Source: an uncultured Thiomicrospira sp.
GTDB lineage: Bacteria > Pseudomonadota > Gammaproteobacteria > CAKMZV01
Length of the DNA: 64,000 nt
Direction: 5' to 3'
Assembly (NCBI GenBank): GCA_965195345.1
Contig: OZ239628.1
Coordinates: forward strand, 32,001 to 96,000
Every line of letters starts with the position of its first letter. The first letter of the stretch is position 1. Below, one piece after another: positions 1-9,724 of the stretch. The translations under genes and the position numbers were made by a program. The notes beneath the pieces are model-generated. The model had not been told where the DNA came from. It was given only the letters and a program-made list of their open reading frames with translations, and did not search any database.

Positions 1-1
1 C

Positions 2-511
2 ATGGGCGGTGGTATGGCACCCAGTGTTGCTCAAGCTGCTTTCGGAGTGATTCCTCCTGACCTAACCCTATCTGCCAAAGTTCGAGGCACTGATTGGATC
101 TACACCTATCTTCTCGCATACTATCAACGCCCTGAAGGCACGATAGATAACTATGTTTTTCCAGGTTCTGCAATGCCAAATCCTTTTGCTGGAGAACAAG
201 GGACCTACAAAGCAATGCTTTCAGGTGACCAAACACATATTATTGGTTCAGAACCTGCTTTCCCTGCCTATGGAGGCGAAGCGAAACTGAAGCAAATTGA
301 AAAAGAAGCAAACTTTCAAACCGCTGTACGTGATGTGACAAACTTCATGGAATTTATCAGCGAACCTAAAAAAGTGGAACGCCATAATTTAGGAAAATGG
401 GTTATGGCCTTTTTAATCTTACTTTTAATTTCTGCCTACCTTATGAAAAAAGAATTTTGGAGAGACTTAAAAGAAAATCCTGAAAAAGACACCGAAGCAG
501 ATATTAAATAG
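2..511 (+). CDS. petC: cytochrome c1, C-terminal part (5'-truncated by window)
   Basis: PPDLTL..RGTDWIYTYL, AMPNP (axial Met), FMEFISEP..ER, C-terminal TM helix ending MKKEFWRD. Confidence 0.9.
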   Translation: MGGGMAPSVAQAAFGVIPPDLTLSAKVRGTDWIYTYLLAYYQRPEGTIDNYVFPGSAMPNPFAGEQGTYKAMLSGDQTHIIGSEPAFPAYGGEAKLKQIEKEANFQTAVRDVTNFMEFISEPKKVERHNLGKWVMAFLILLLISAYLMKKEFWRDLKENPEKDTEADIK

Positions 512-518
512 CTTCCTG

Positions 519-555
519 ACTGCGGCGCGCTTTTCGGAAAGCGCCACAGTTTTTC
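519..555 (+). terminator. rho-independent terminator after petC
   Basis: Bulged GC stem (GGCGC..TTT-TCGG-AAAGCGCC) followed by a T-run. Confidence 0.6.
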
Positions 556-598
556 ACAAAAATGGATAGTTCAATACGTTACGCTCTACCATTCTTTG

Positions 599-1939
599 TC
601 ACGCTATTCCTTGCACTACTTCATCCATACCTACACCCCTCGATCCTTTTACTAAAATAGTTTGAGGGGTGGCATAGATATTTTTTTTGATTGCTGCGAT
701 CAAAGCGGCTTTATTGTCAAAAAAATTCTTCTCCCCCATAAACGAATCCACCGCATGACGTGAATGCTCTCCAACCGCATAGAATAAAGATATGTTTTTC
801 TCGCTTGCATAGGCACCTATGCCTTTATGAAGCTCTATCGATTGCTCACCCAATTCGAGCATATCCCCCATTACGACTACTGCAGGCAGTCCAAGCTTCA
901 ATGCTTTCTCAACGAGAACATCAATAGCGGCTTTAAATGCTTCTGGGCTTGCGTTATATGTATCATCAATAATTAAACTTTCACCTTTCCAAAGCACATC
1001 TTGACGAGAACCTGGAAGAGTGAAATTTGCTAAACAACTTACACACTCTTGCAAAGTAATTCCCAAATGCAATGCAGCACCTACAGCCATCGCCGCATTA
1101 AAGGCGTTATGCTTTCCAGCCATAGGTAAACGAATAGAAATCGACTCACCTAAATGATCTAAAGTTGTTATACCATCTTCATATTGCCAAGTAACATCAG
1201 CTGAGACCTTACAGTTACTAACCGTTTGAACATGCGCACTTGTTACCTCTTTAAAATGTTGAGCCCATGCGGAGTCAGAATCAATTACTGCGCAACCATG
1301 AGTAGGCAACACTTGCAATAATTCACTCTTTGCTTGAACGGTATTTTCAATACTTCCAAATACGCCTAAATGTGCTGATTGAATATTAGTTAAAATGCCT
1401 ACTTCAGGTTTAAACAAATGCGTTAGCCATTTAATATCGCCTATTTTACGTGCACCCATTTCAAGCAAAGCACACTGCTCATTATTAAATTTTAAAAGCG
1501 TAGAAGGCAGTCCAATCTCATTATTGAAGTTTCCTTCGTTGGTAAGCACTCTTTGCGAATTTGAAAGAATAGCGTACAACATATTTTTCACAGTAGTTTT
1601 ACCACTGCTGCCAGTAACACCAATCCGCCTCCCAGAAAAATGCTTATCAAAATAAGCTGCAGCAATTAACCCAAATGCAGCCACGCTGTTTGTGACTTGC
1701 CAATAAGGTGTGAGGAGGTTGATGGTTCTTTCTCCTACTACTCCAATCGCACCTTTTGACACAGCATCCTCTATAAAGTCATGCCCATCAAAACGCGTGC
1801 CCTTTATAGCAATAAAAATATCGCCCTGTTTGACCAATCGAGCGTCATGTTGGATGTTATTTACATTTAATGAAATTGCAGAGCCAGATACTAAATGATT
1901 GCCAAGAATATTTTTCAAATAGATGCGATTTAATGTCAT
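599..1939 (-). CDS. murF: UDP-N-acetylmuramoyl-tripeptide--D-Ala-D-Ala ligase
   Basis: GVTGSSGKTT P-loop, NFNNEIGLP, EMGA, DDTYNASP, GDMLELG, LVKGSRG. Confidence 0.95.
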   Translation of the reverse strand: MTLNRIYLKNILGNHLVSGSAISLNVNNIQHDARLVKQGDIFIAIKGTRFDGHDFIEDAVSKGAIGVVGERTINLLTPYWQVTNSVAAFGLIAAAYFDKHFSGRRIGVTGSSGKTTVKNMLYAILSNSQRVLTNEGNFNNEIGLPSTLLKFNNEQCALLEMGARKIGDIKWLTHLFKPEVGILTNIQSAHLGVFGSIENTVQAKSELLQVLPTHGCAVIDSDSAWAQHFKEVTSAHVQTVSNCKVSADVTWQYEDGITTLDHLGESISIRLPMAGKHNAFNAAMAVGAALHLGITLQECVSCLANFTLPGSRQDVLWKGESLIIDDTYNASPEAFKAAIDVLVEKALKLGLPAVVVMGDMLELGEQSIELHKGIGAYASEKNISLFYAVGEHSRHAVDSFMGEKNFFDNKAALIAAIKKNIYATPQTILVKGSRGVGMDEVVQGIA

Positions 1940-4071
1940 ACAACCGTCTCAGCAAGATAGGATAAGCATTTATCTACCTCATGAGATGACCCAAGAATAA
2001 CAGGTACTCTTTGATGAATTTCTTTAGGTTGAATATCGAGGATTGAGATTTTACCATTGCTTGATTGCCCGCCTGCTTGCTCAATTAAAAAGCTCATCGG
2101 ATTCGCTTCGTACAATAATCGAAGTTTCCCTTCTTGATCAGGTTTCCTCGTATCCCAAGGATAAAGAAAGATACCACCTCGCACCAAAATTCGATGCACA
2201 TCGGCGACCATTGAAGCGACCCAGCGCATGTTATATCGTTTTGCCAGCGCTCCCTCCTCTCCTCTTAAACAATCATCAATATACGCTCGTATGCCCTTTT
2301 GCCAAAATCGGTGATTTGACATATTGATAGCAAACTCTTGTGTTGATTTTTTCGCTCTAACAGATTCATTAATTAACAAAAATTCGCCGCTGCATTGATC
2401 AAAATTATAAAAGTGTACACCCTTGCCTACACTGAGAACTAATAATACTGAAGAGCCGTACAAAACATATCCTGCAGCCACTTGCCGTCTTCCTGGTTGT
2501 AAAAAACCTGATTCTAAAGATGTGTCTTTAGTGTGAGGGAGAATGGAGAAAATGGTTCCCACTGAGATAGCTACATTGATATTTGAAGAACCATCCAATG
2601 GGTCAAAAGCAACCAAGTAACTCCCTTGTGCATCTCCCTGTGCCACCTCCTCCTCTTCTTCAGAAGCAACGCCTGCCACTTTATTACTCCCCAGCAAAGA
2701 TTGTTTTAATATCACATTTGAGATAACGTCCAATTTCTGCTGAACTTCTCCTTGCACATTTTCTTCAGAGCCCGCCTCGCCAATGACATCTGCAAGTGCC
2801 CCCTGTTTGACACGCCATGCAATATCTTTGCAAGCGCTGGTGACAACGCGAATAACTTCCACTAAGTCTTCTTGGCAATTCTGTTCTTGTAAATGGTCAA
2901 ATAAATTCAAATGCATCGGGTTTTTCTCTTTAGGTTGGTTTTCAAATGCTTTTTTTGGATTGGAGAACAACGCCCAGCTATTGTGCGGTGCTTGCTGAAT
3001 TTTAGCATACGCACGCAACTCTCGTCCAACCAGCCAATATCTCCAACCGATGAATAACGGACATTTTTCAGCGTTACGCATGAATGCCAAAAGCGTTTTA
3101 TTTCCTGCAACATCCTTTACTTGGATATTTAATTCCTGTGCATAGGGCTTAATAAATTTTTTAACTGCATTGATGGTCGCTTTCTCTCTACTTGTCATCG
3201 TATAGGGGATTACTTTCTCCAGCAACTCATCTATCCTTCCATGCTTTCCTCTAAACCAAGCTTCATAACAGGTTTTCGCATACTCAGGATGCTTTACTAA
3301 TCTAGTCAGTGTGGCGATGTCGAAATCGTTCATAGCAATATTGATTAGCATTTCATCTCTTATGAAATGCTGGCGTGCTTTATTAGACTGCTGTGCACAT
3401 TGCTCCCTCCAGATAGCAAGCTCTTGTAGAATCCTTTGATTTTTTTTCGGCACACTTTGAGCCGCTTTAAGTAGCCACCATAACGTTTTCTCTTCTCTAT
3501 TCTTTAATATTCTTTGAGCGTTAACCAAGCTTTCTTCAATCACAGCAGATTGCATTGAAGCATCCATCCTTTGAACACAAAAATCATAAAGATCTGCTAA
3601 GTTTGTAGCGTCTTTCTCAGCATAATCTAATTGCTTTTGACTTAGAGGTCGACACCGCCAATCGGTTTTTTGTTGGCTTTTATCCAATCGAATACCTAAA
3701 CAACTTTCCACAGCTTTAGAAAAACCCACTTGCAAACCAAAGCCGAGCATCGTCATAGCCACTTGCACATCAAAAACATTATTTGGTGTCGAACCTGTCC
3801 ATAGTTTCCATATTTCTAAATCCTGATCTGGAGAATAGAAAACCAATAAAGGATGTTCAGCCAATGCACGAAGGAAGTCATTGAGCGTTTTTTTATCGCA
3901 TGCTAAAACATCAATCATTTCAACAAAGTTAGGACTTGCAATTTGAATCAAACACAATTGAGGGTAGTAAGTGGTGCGCCTGTAAAATTCCATATCGATA
4001 GACACCCACTTGCATTCCATGCAAGTTTTCAACAAAGAAGGAAAGGTTGAGTCTGTTGTTATAGGTTTCAT
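1936..4071 (-). CDS. rnd-fbp: in-frame fusion: ribonuclease D (N-terminal) + class 1 fructose-1,6-bisphosphatase (from Met at 2916)
   Basis: RNase D: IDMEF..TYYPQLCLIQ, QD, DKSQQKTDW..RPLS..QLDYA..D, HRDC WRE, GWR. FBPase: ENVQGEVQQKLDV, FDPLDGSSN, RWVASMVADVHR, GKLRLLYEANP. Start placed at ATG 4071 (ORF track extends to 4107). Confidence 0.85.
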   Translation of the reverse strand: MKPITTDSTFPSLLKTCMECKWVSIDMEFYRRTTYYPQLCLIQIASPNFVEMIDVLACDKKTLNDFLRALAEHPLLVFYSPDQDLEIWKLWTGSTPNNVFDVQVAMTMLGFGLQVGFSKAVESCLGIRLDKSQQKTDWRCRPLSQKQLDYAEKDATNLADLYDFCVQRMDASMQSAVIEESLVNAQRILKNREEKTLWWLLKAAQSVPKKNQRILQELAIWREQCAQQSNKARQHFIRDEMLINIAMNDFDIATLTRLVKHPEYAKTCYEAWFRGKHGRIDELLEKVIPYTMTSREKATINAVKKFIKPYAQELNIQVKDVAGNKTLLAFMRNAEKCPLFIGWRYWLVGRELRAYAKIQQAPHNSWALFSNPKKAFENQPKEKNPMHLNLFDHLQEQNCQEDLVEVIRVVTSACKDIAWRVKQGALADVIGEAGSEENVQGEVQQKLDVISNVILKQSLLGSNKVAGVASEEEEEVAQGDAQGSYLVAFDPLDGSSNINVAISVGTIFSILPHTKDTSLESGFLQPGRRQVAAGYVLYGSSVLLVLSVGKGVHFYNFDQCSGEFLLINESVRAKKSTQEFAINMSNHRFWQKGIRAYIDDCLRGEEGALAKRYNMRWVASMVADVHRILVRGGIFLYPWDTRKPDQEGKLRLLYEANPMSFLIEQAGGQSSNGKISILDIQPKEIHQRVPVILGSSHEVDKCLSYLAETVV

Positions 4072-4220
4072 CTGTTTATCATACCTGAAATTCCCCTGAA
4101 AGGACATTATTCAATTGCACAATACCCTTGAATCAAAAAATGACACGTGCGAATGCACGCAACTATTCCTTTTCCATTGAGAATAAATCAGAAACAGATT
4201 CCCTAGCATCAAATATCGCA

Positions 4221-4234
4221 TATAATGCGCCATC
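4221..4234 (+). promoter_or_regulatory. -10 box with GC-rich discriminator upstream of rpoZ
   Basis: TATAAT at 4221-4226 followed by GCGCCATC. Confidence 0.5.
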
Positions 4235-4267
4235 CGCTTAATTCATAACCCCAACAAAGACGTAACA

Positions 4268-4546
4268 ATGGCAAGAGTAACAGTAGACGACTGCATGAGC
4301 AAGATTGAAAATCCTTTTGATCTAACCCTAATAACCGCTAAACGCGCTTATCAAATCGCAAGAGGAAGTCGCTGCAAGGTTTCTTTAGATCAAGATAAGC
4401 CTGTTGTTCTAGCTTTACGCGAAATTTCCGAAGGATTAAGTGATGAAGCGTCGATCCAAGAAGAAGAGCAAAGAATTCTTGAAAAACTTCGAGAAATGCC
4501 TGACTTTAGAGCCGAAAGAAACAAAGATTTTGGCACACATTCATAA
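4268..4546 (+). CDS. rpoZ: RNA polymerase omega subunit
   Basis: MARVTVDDC..FDLTLITAKRAYQI..DKPVVLALREI; upstream of spoT. Confidence 0.95.
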   Translation: MARVTVDDCMSKIENPFDLTLITAKRAYQIARGSRCKVSLDQDKPVVLALREISEGLSDEASIQEEEQRILEKLREMPDFRAERNKDFGTHS

Positions 4547-4739
4547 CGATTATTTTGGAACAGTTTTTTCCAATCAACAAAAAATAATCTAATATCTCCT
4601 CCTAAGTAAGAGGATTCTTTAAATATCTTCCTATTACGAAAAGAAAATAGGGTAATTTCGTTATAACTTATAAAGCTGGATTGAACCAGCATCTTTGAAA
4701 AACTTCTATATTGTCAAATCAAGGTTATAATCGTTTTCT

Positions 4740-6911
4740 ATGGCTCAATTTTTACAAAATTTAAGTCGCATACCAAAGGTATTTCAATTCAAAGATGAAG
4801 GATTAGCCCTTTTTCAGCCTCTCAAACCATACATAAACTATTTACCAAGAAGTCAACGCAAACGGATTGTACAAGCGTTTCTATTTGCAAGAGATGCCCA
4901 TCATGGACAAATTCGCATGGATGGCAGCCCATATATAACGCATCCTGTTGGAGTTACCGGTATTCTTGCCGACCTAAAACTTGATCCTGACACGCTTATC
5001 GCTGCACTATTGCATGATGTCATTGAAGATACTAATGTTAGTAAAAAAGAAATATCGACCCGTTTTGGCGAACAAGTTGGTGAATTGGTGGATGGTGTAA
5101 GTAAATTAGAGCGCATAGAAAGTCAAACCAGTTCAGAAGCTCAAAGCGCCACCTTACAGAAAATGATCCTTGCCACAGCATCCGATTTACGCATTTTATT
5201 GGTGAAGTTAGCAGATAGAACGCATAATGCTCAAAGTTTAGACGTTTTTAATCCTAAGAAACGTCAACGGATTGGTCAAGAAACACTTGAAATATATGCA
5301 CCATTGGCTGCTCGAATTGGCATAAATTCATGGAGACTTCTTCTTGAAGACTGTGGATTTAAAGCAATATATCCATGGCGCCATAAATCCATCAATAAGG
5401 CAATCAAGATTGCCAAAGGAGAGCGAAGAAAAAAGATTGACGAAGTTTCTGAATTTGTAAAGAAAAGATTAAAAGGCGTTGGTATCAATTCTGATGTTTT
5501 TGGTCGTGAAAAAAATGCATATTCAGTATTTAGAAAAATGAATGAGAAAAAACTCAAATTCGATCAAATACTTGACCTTTTTGCTTACAGAGTTATTGTG
5601 AAAACAGTTGACGATTGTTACAGGGCATTGGGAATTATTCACGGTTTGTACAATCCAGTACCCGGAAAAATAAAAGATTACATCGCATTACCAAAACCCA
5701 ATGGATATCAATCTCTACACACTATATTATTTGGTCCATCTGGTGCGCATATAGAAGTGCAGATACGTACAGAAACTATGCATAAAAACGCGGAGTATGG
5801 CATTGCTGCTCACTGGAGCTACAAGCAATCTGAAGATCAACAACCTAATATAAAAAACCAAAAGCTATCCTTTGAGTGGATTAGTAATCTAATAGAAGTT
5901 AGTAATAGTGCAGGCACATCAAGTGAATTCATTGAGGCTGTTAAAACAGACTTATTCCCCCATGAAGTCTATGTGTTTACCCCTGAGGGAAGCATACTAT
6001 CCTTACCTCGAGGAGCAACAGCCGTAGACTTTGCATACGCGATCCATACAGATGTTGGAAATGAATGTCTTGGCTGCGAAATTGATCGAGAGCGTTCCGA
6101 TATTAGTACTCCTTTACAAAATGGGCAAACTGTTTATATTATTCGATCGAAATTTGCTCGCCCTAATCCAGATTGGTTAGATTTTGTCATTACAGCCAAA
6201 GCACGTTCTCAGATACGAAATTTTCTTAAAAATCAAACCAACGAAGACACAATCCCTATCGGCAAACAACTTTTAGAACAATCCCTAGAGACTTGGAATA
6301 TTAAACTGGACGAAGTTACTCCTAATGTCCTCAACGAATTACTGGCGGATTTGAAAATTGACAGCGATATTGAACTTTACCAACAGATTGGCTTAGGAAA
6401 TCGCCCGACTCAACTGGTTGCAAAGCAGATACAAAACCTAATAGATCCAACGATAAAATCCCCTTCTTCTACGGCTGCACCTATCATAATCCAAGGAACT
6501 GAAGGTATGGCTGTTGCTTTTGGTCATTGTTGCAACCCCATTCATGGAGACCGCATTATAGGTCACTTAAGTACAGGAAAAGGTATAGTGGTGCATCGGT
6601 TAAACTGCCATAATGTTCGAAAGTTCCATAAAACTCCTGAAAAATGTGTTCCAGTTGATTGGCACGAAATTCATAATCAAGCCCTTCCCGTAAGAGTAAA
6701 CATAGAGTCTGAAAACCAAGCAGGTGTTTTAGCAAATATTACGCATATCTTAGATAAAATGAATGTTAACATTGACGAAGCGCACGTCATCAAAGGCGCT
6801 GAAGTCGCAAAAATAGAGATGCTAATACTTGTATCTGCTCGCAAAGAGCTCGCTTCCGTACTGCGTGAATTGAGGAAAATACCAACCGTCATAAAGGCAA
6901 ACAGAGCATGA
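4740..6911 (+). CDS. spoT: bifunctional (p)ppGpp synthetase/hydrolase SpoT
   Basis: PYITHP, LLHDVIED (HD), KLADRTHN, KDYIALPKPNGYQSLHT, EVQIRT, TGS and ACT domains. Confidence 0.95.
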   Translation: MAQFLQNLSRIPKVFQFKDEGLALFQPLKPYINYLPRSQRKRIVQAFLFARDAHHGQIRMDGSPYITHPVGVTGILADLKLDPDTLIAALLHDVIEDTNVSKKEISTRFGEQVGELVDGVSKLERIESQTSSEAQSATLQKMILATASDLRILLVKLADRTHNAQSLDVFNPKKRQRIGQETLEIYAPLAARIGINSWRLLLEDCGFKAIYPWRHKSINKAIKIAKGERRKKIDEVSEFVKKRLKGVGINSDVFGREKNAYSVFRKMNEKKLKFDQILDLFAYRVIVKTVDDCYRALGIIHGLYNPVPGKIKDYIALPKPNGYQSLHTILFGPSGAHIEVQIRTETMHKNAEYGIAAHWSYKQSEDQQPNIKNQKLSFEWISNLIEVSNSAGTSSEFIEAVKTDLFPHEVYVFTPEGSILSLPRGATAVDFAYAIHTDVGNECLGCEIDRERSDISTPLQNGQTVYIIRSKFARPNPDWLDFVITAKARSQIRNFLKNQTNEDTIPIGKQLLEQSLETWNIKLDEVTPNVLNELLADLKIDSDIELYQQIGLGNRPTQLVAKQIQNLIDPTIKSPSSTAAPIIIQGTEGMAVAFGHCCNPIHGDRIIGHLSTGKGIVVHRLNCHNVRKFHKTPEKCVPVDWHEIHNQALPVRVNIESENQAGVLANITHILDKMNVNIDEAHVIKGAEVAKIEMLILVSARKELASVLRELRKIPTVIKANRA

Positions 6912-7696
6912 AAGTACTGCTCTACTTACCGTTTTTTTTGCTACTGGCCTCTTGTGCTTCGTCCACTCAAAAAGGAGCAGTTGGAGTTGAACGCCAACAA
7001 CTACTCATCATGTCTTCTACCGAAGTGCACAAAAGTGCAGATACAGCCTACACCGAAATTTTGGCTGAAGCTAAGAAAAACAAAACGCTGAATACTGATA
7101 AAAAAATGCTTGAGCGTATCCAAAGTATTGCTGATCGCCTTATCCCTCAGACCGCAGTATTTCGCAAAGATGCCCCTCAATGGCACTGGATGGTAAATCT
7201 CATTAAATCTGATCAACTGAACGCGTGGTGTATGCCTGGAGGAAAAATTGCTTTCTACACAGGCATCATAGAGAAATTACAATTGACCGATGCTGAAATA
7301 GCCGCCATAATGGGTCATGAAATGGCTCATGCGTTGCGTGAGCATGGACGTGAACGAATTTCTGAGCAAATGTTAACAACATCAGGACTGAATGTATTAA
7401 GTTCTCTTTTTGGAGTCAGTGCTCCAGCTGCCAAATTAGTAACTGATGTAACCTTAACATTGCCGAACTCTCGTACTCACGAAACCGAAGCAGATCGCAT
7501 AGGCATAGAGCTCATTGCCCGAGCCAACTTTAATCCCTACGCTGCGGTTAAAGTATGGGAAAAAATGGAAAAAGTATCTTCAGGATCTCAGCCTGAAATA
7601 TTAAGCACCCACCCATCGAATAAAACTCGAATTCAAGACCTCAAAAAATATGCAAAGCTCGTTGAGCCATTATATGAAAAGAATAAATCAAATTAA
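6908..7696 (+). CDS. M48 family Zn metallopeptidase lipoprotein (LoiP/Oma1-like)
   Basis: Lipobox LASC; NAWCMPGGKI, HEMAH, ETEAD, STHP. Confidence 0.9.
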   Translation: MKVLLYLPFFLLLASCASSTQKGAVGVERQQLLIMSSTEVHKSADTAYTEILAEAKKNKTLNTDKKMLERIQSIADRLIPQTAVFRKDAPQWHWMVNLIKSDQLNAWCMPGGKIAFYTGIIEKLQLTDAEIAAIMGHEMAHALREHGRERISEQMLTTSGLNVLSSLFGVSAPAAKLVTDVTLTLPNSRTHETEADRIGIELIARANFNPYAAVKVWEKMEKVSSGSQPEILSTHPSNKTRIQDLKKYAKLVEPLYEKNKSN

Positions 7697-8711
7697 AAAA
7701 ATAGGGGTTTTCCTTTTTCTTCTTACATTATTTGGATGCTCTACTCCAAAAATTCAAACCCGTGTTGAACTTCCGGCAAAAATCCCCGAAGTTAGCAAAG
7801 TCAAGAAAATCGGCATTTATGATTTAAAAAACGATATGATTCTCATAGGTGCAAAATTAGAAGAATTATTTCGATCAGTTCAAGCAAATAATACTCCTTT
7901 TTTTGAAGTATTCAATAGAGAAGACCTCGAAAGAATTATCCAAGAACAAAACAATGCCAGTAGCATACTATTCAATGAAGCACAAGTTATTAATATTGGG
8001 AAACTTGCCAAAGTAGAGGCCATTCTTACTGGAGCAGTACAAACTGCAATACTCAAACAAACGCCCTATACTAAAACTAAGTTTCGTCTTCAATGTCTTA
8101 TATGGAAAAATCTTGCATGCCAACAATGGGTTCCAATCAGTTATCCCGTACACTGTACAAAGTCTCAAAGTAGCATTGCATTTCAAATTCGCATTAGTGA
8201 TGTTGAAAATGGACAGGCAATACTGGCAAAAACGTACACCGGTGCAAACAGTAATGACACTTGCTCAACACCTCCTTCCCTCGCTCAGATGCAACAGCAA
8301 TCCATTCGACAAGCGTTGGCAAATGTGCGCCAAGATATTGCACCGTACTACATATCTGTTACCATCGAACTCATGGAAAAAGATAATAGCAACTTATCCG
8401 ATCAAAAAGAAGCCCAAGAATACTTTGATTTGGGGCTTGAATTTATAAACGCCGACACTCCGAGCATACAGAAAGGGTGTGGTTACTTCCATCAAGCAGC
8501 AAGCCGCTACGGTGAGTCTGCTGCAATATACTACAATCTCGGAGTTTGTACAGAAATAGAAGGAGACATTAACAAAGCACAAAGTTATTATCTTCAAGCA
8601 GAACAAAAACTCAAAAAACCAAATAACCTCGTATCGAAAGCTTTACAGAATATTAAAAAAAGGAAAGCAGACGAAGCAGCCCTCGAAAAACAAAAGAGCA
8701 TTAGGGAATAA
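7674..8711 (+). CDS. lipoprotein with CsgG/HfaB-like domain and C-terminal TPR
   Basis: Lipobox LFGC; FNREDLERIIQEQ..IGKLAKVEAILTG resembles CsgG-like fold; YYNLGVCTE..A..YY TPR-like. Start moved to ATG 7674. Confidence 0.65.
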   Translation: MKRINQIKKIGVFLFLLTLFGCSTPKIQTRVELPAKIPEVSKVKKIGIYDLKNDMILIGAKLEELFRSVQANNTPFFEVFNREDLERIIQEQNNASSILFNEAQVINIGKLAKVEAILTGAVQTAILKQTPYTKTKFRLQCLIWKNLACQQWVPISYPVHCTKSQSSIAFQIRISDVENGQAILAKTYTGANSNDTCSTPPSLAQMQQQSIRQALANVRQDIAPYYISVTIELMEKDNSNLSDQKEAQEYFDLGLEFINADTPSIQKGCGYFHQAASRYGESAAIYYNLGVCTEIEGDINKAQSYYLQAEQKLKKPNNLVSKALQNIKKRKADEAALEKQKSIRE

Positions 8712-8714
8712 CTG

Positions 8715-9572
8715 ATGCTTCGACTTACATTCTTTCTGTCAATGATGCTGCTGATTACAGCATGCAGTTCAACTAAGATAAAAAATGATTGCTCTTGTGC
8801 CACATATCAACCAAAGTCCCCACGCCCCAGCTGGATCGATAACGAGAACGTTAGTTCAAAGGCACTACTGAGCAGCGGAGGCAGTCAGTGCACAGGAATA
8901 CAAACTTTAGATTTTAAAGAATCTGACCAGAATGCGCGCCTTAATCTTGGATTATTGATTCGAGCGAATGTTCGTGGAGAGATCAATATCATAAAAAGAC
9001 AAGATTCTTCCGTTGGCGGACTTAGCCAAGCCTCTGTACAAAGCGCCGTTTCCTCAGAATCCTTACTTGAAAATGCTTTTGTCTATGATCGTTGGGTCGA
9101 TCCTATAAATTGCTCAATTCACAGTGCCATCAGGTTGAATAAAGAGGACTACCAGCGCACTAAAAATCGTTTGCAAGAGATAGAAGCACGCAAACCCAAA
9201 AATCAATTGATGTTACTGCGATTGAAAAATAATGTACCCTCTGAATTGTTGCTTGCAACACTGAGTAATCTTGGTGCGCAAAAACTAACTTTAGATCAAA
9301 CCATTTCCAGCCAAGTCTATACTATTGAGTGGGAAAGCCAACAACCGCAAGAGCACGTGGAAGGCAGCATACACGCCATTATTATCAAATCAATTTTGTT
9401 GGTGAAAAATCGTAAAGATCAAGTCGTACTTAGTCTGGTAAAAAACGGCAAATCATTTCACCGAGGTAACGTGAATGATCCATCATTTTTATACGAAAAG
9501 GCGCGTCGCCATGCACTTTTACAAATGCATGAACCATTGAAGAAATTCCTAACCACCCCTATAACACAATAG
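8715..9572 (+). CDS. lipoprotein, LPP20-like
   Basis: Lipobox ITAC; RPSWI then A..NAR..L, D.WVDP pattern typical of LPP20-like domains. Confidence 0.55.
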   Translation: MLRLTFFLSMMLLITACSSTKIKNDCSCATYQPKSPRPSWIDNENVSSKALLSSGGSQCTGIQTLDFKESDQNARLNLGLLIRANVRGEINIIKRQDSSVGGLSQASVQSAVSSESLLENAFVYDRWVDPINCSIHSAIRLNKEDYQRTKNRLQEIEARKPKNQLMLLRLKNNVPSELLLATLSNLGAQKLTLDQTISSQVYTIEWESQQPQEHVEGSIHAIIIKSILLVKNRKDQVVLSLVKNGKSFHRGNVNDPSFLYEKARRHALLQMHEPLKKFLTTPITQ

Positions 9573-9724
9573 TCAAACAAGCATCTTTGCCAATTATTAG
9601 CTGTTTGGTCTGTGCAACAACGTCATTAGCATTTACATTCTCTAAAAAGATTTTGGGTAATGCAACTTTTCTTTTCCTAATATATTTTCAATGACTCCCT
9701 GTGTGTGTATCTCTATCATCTGCC

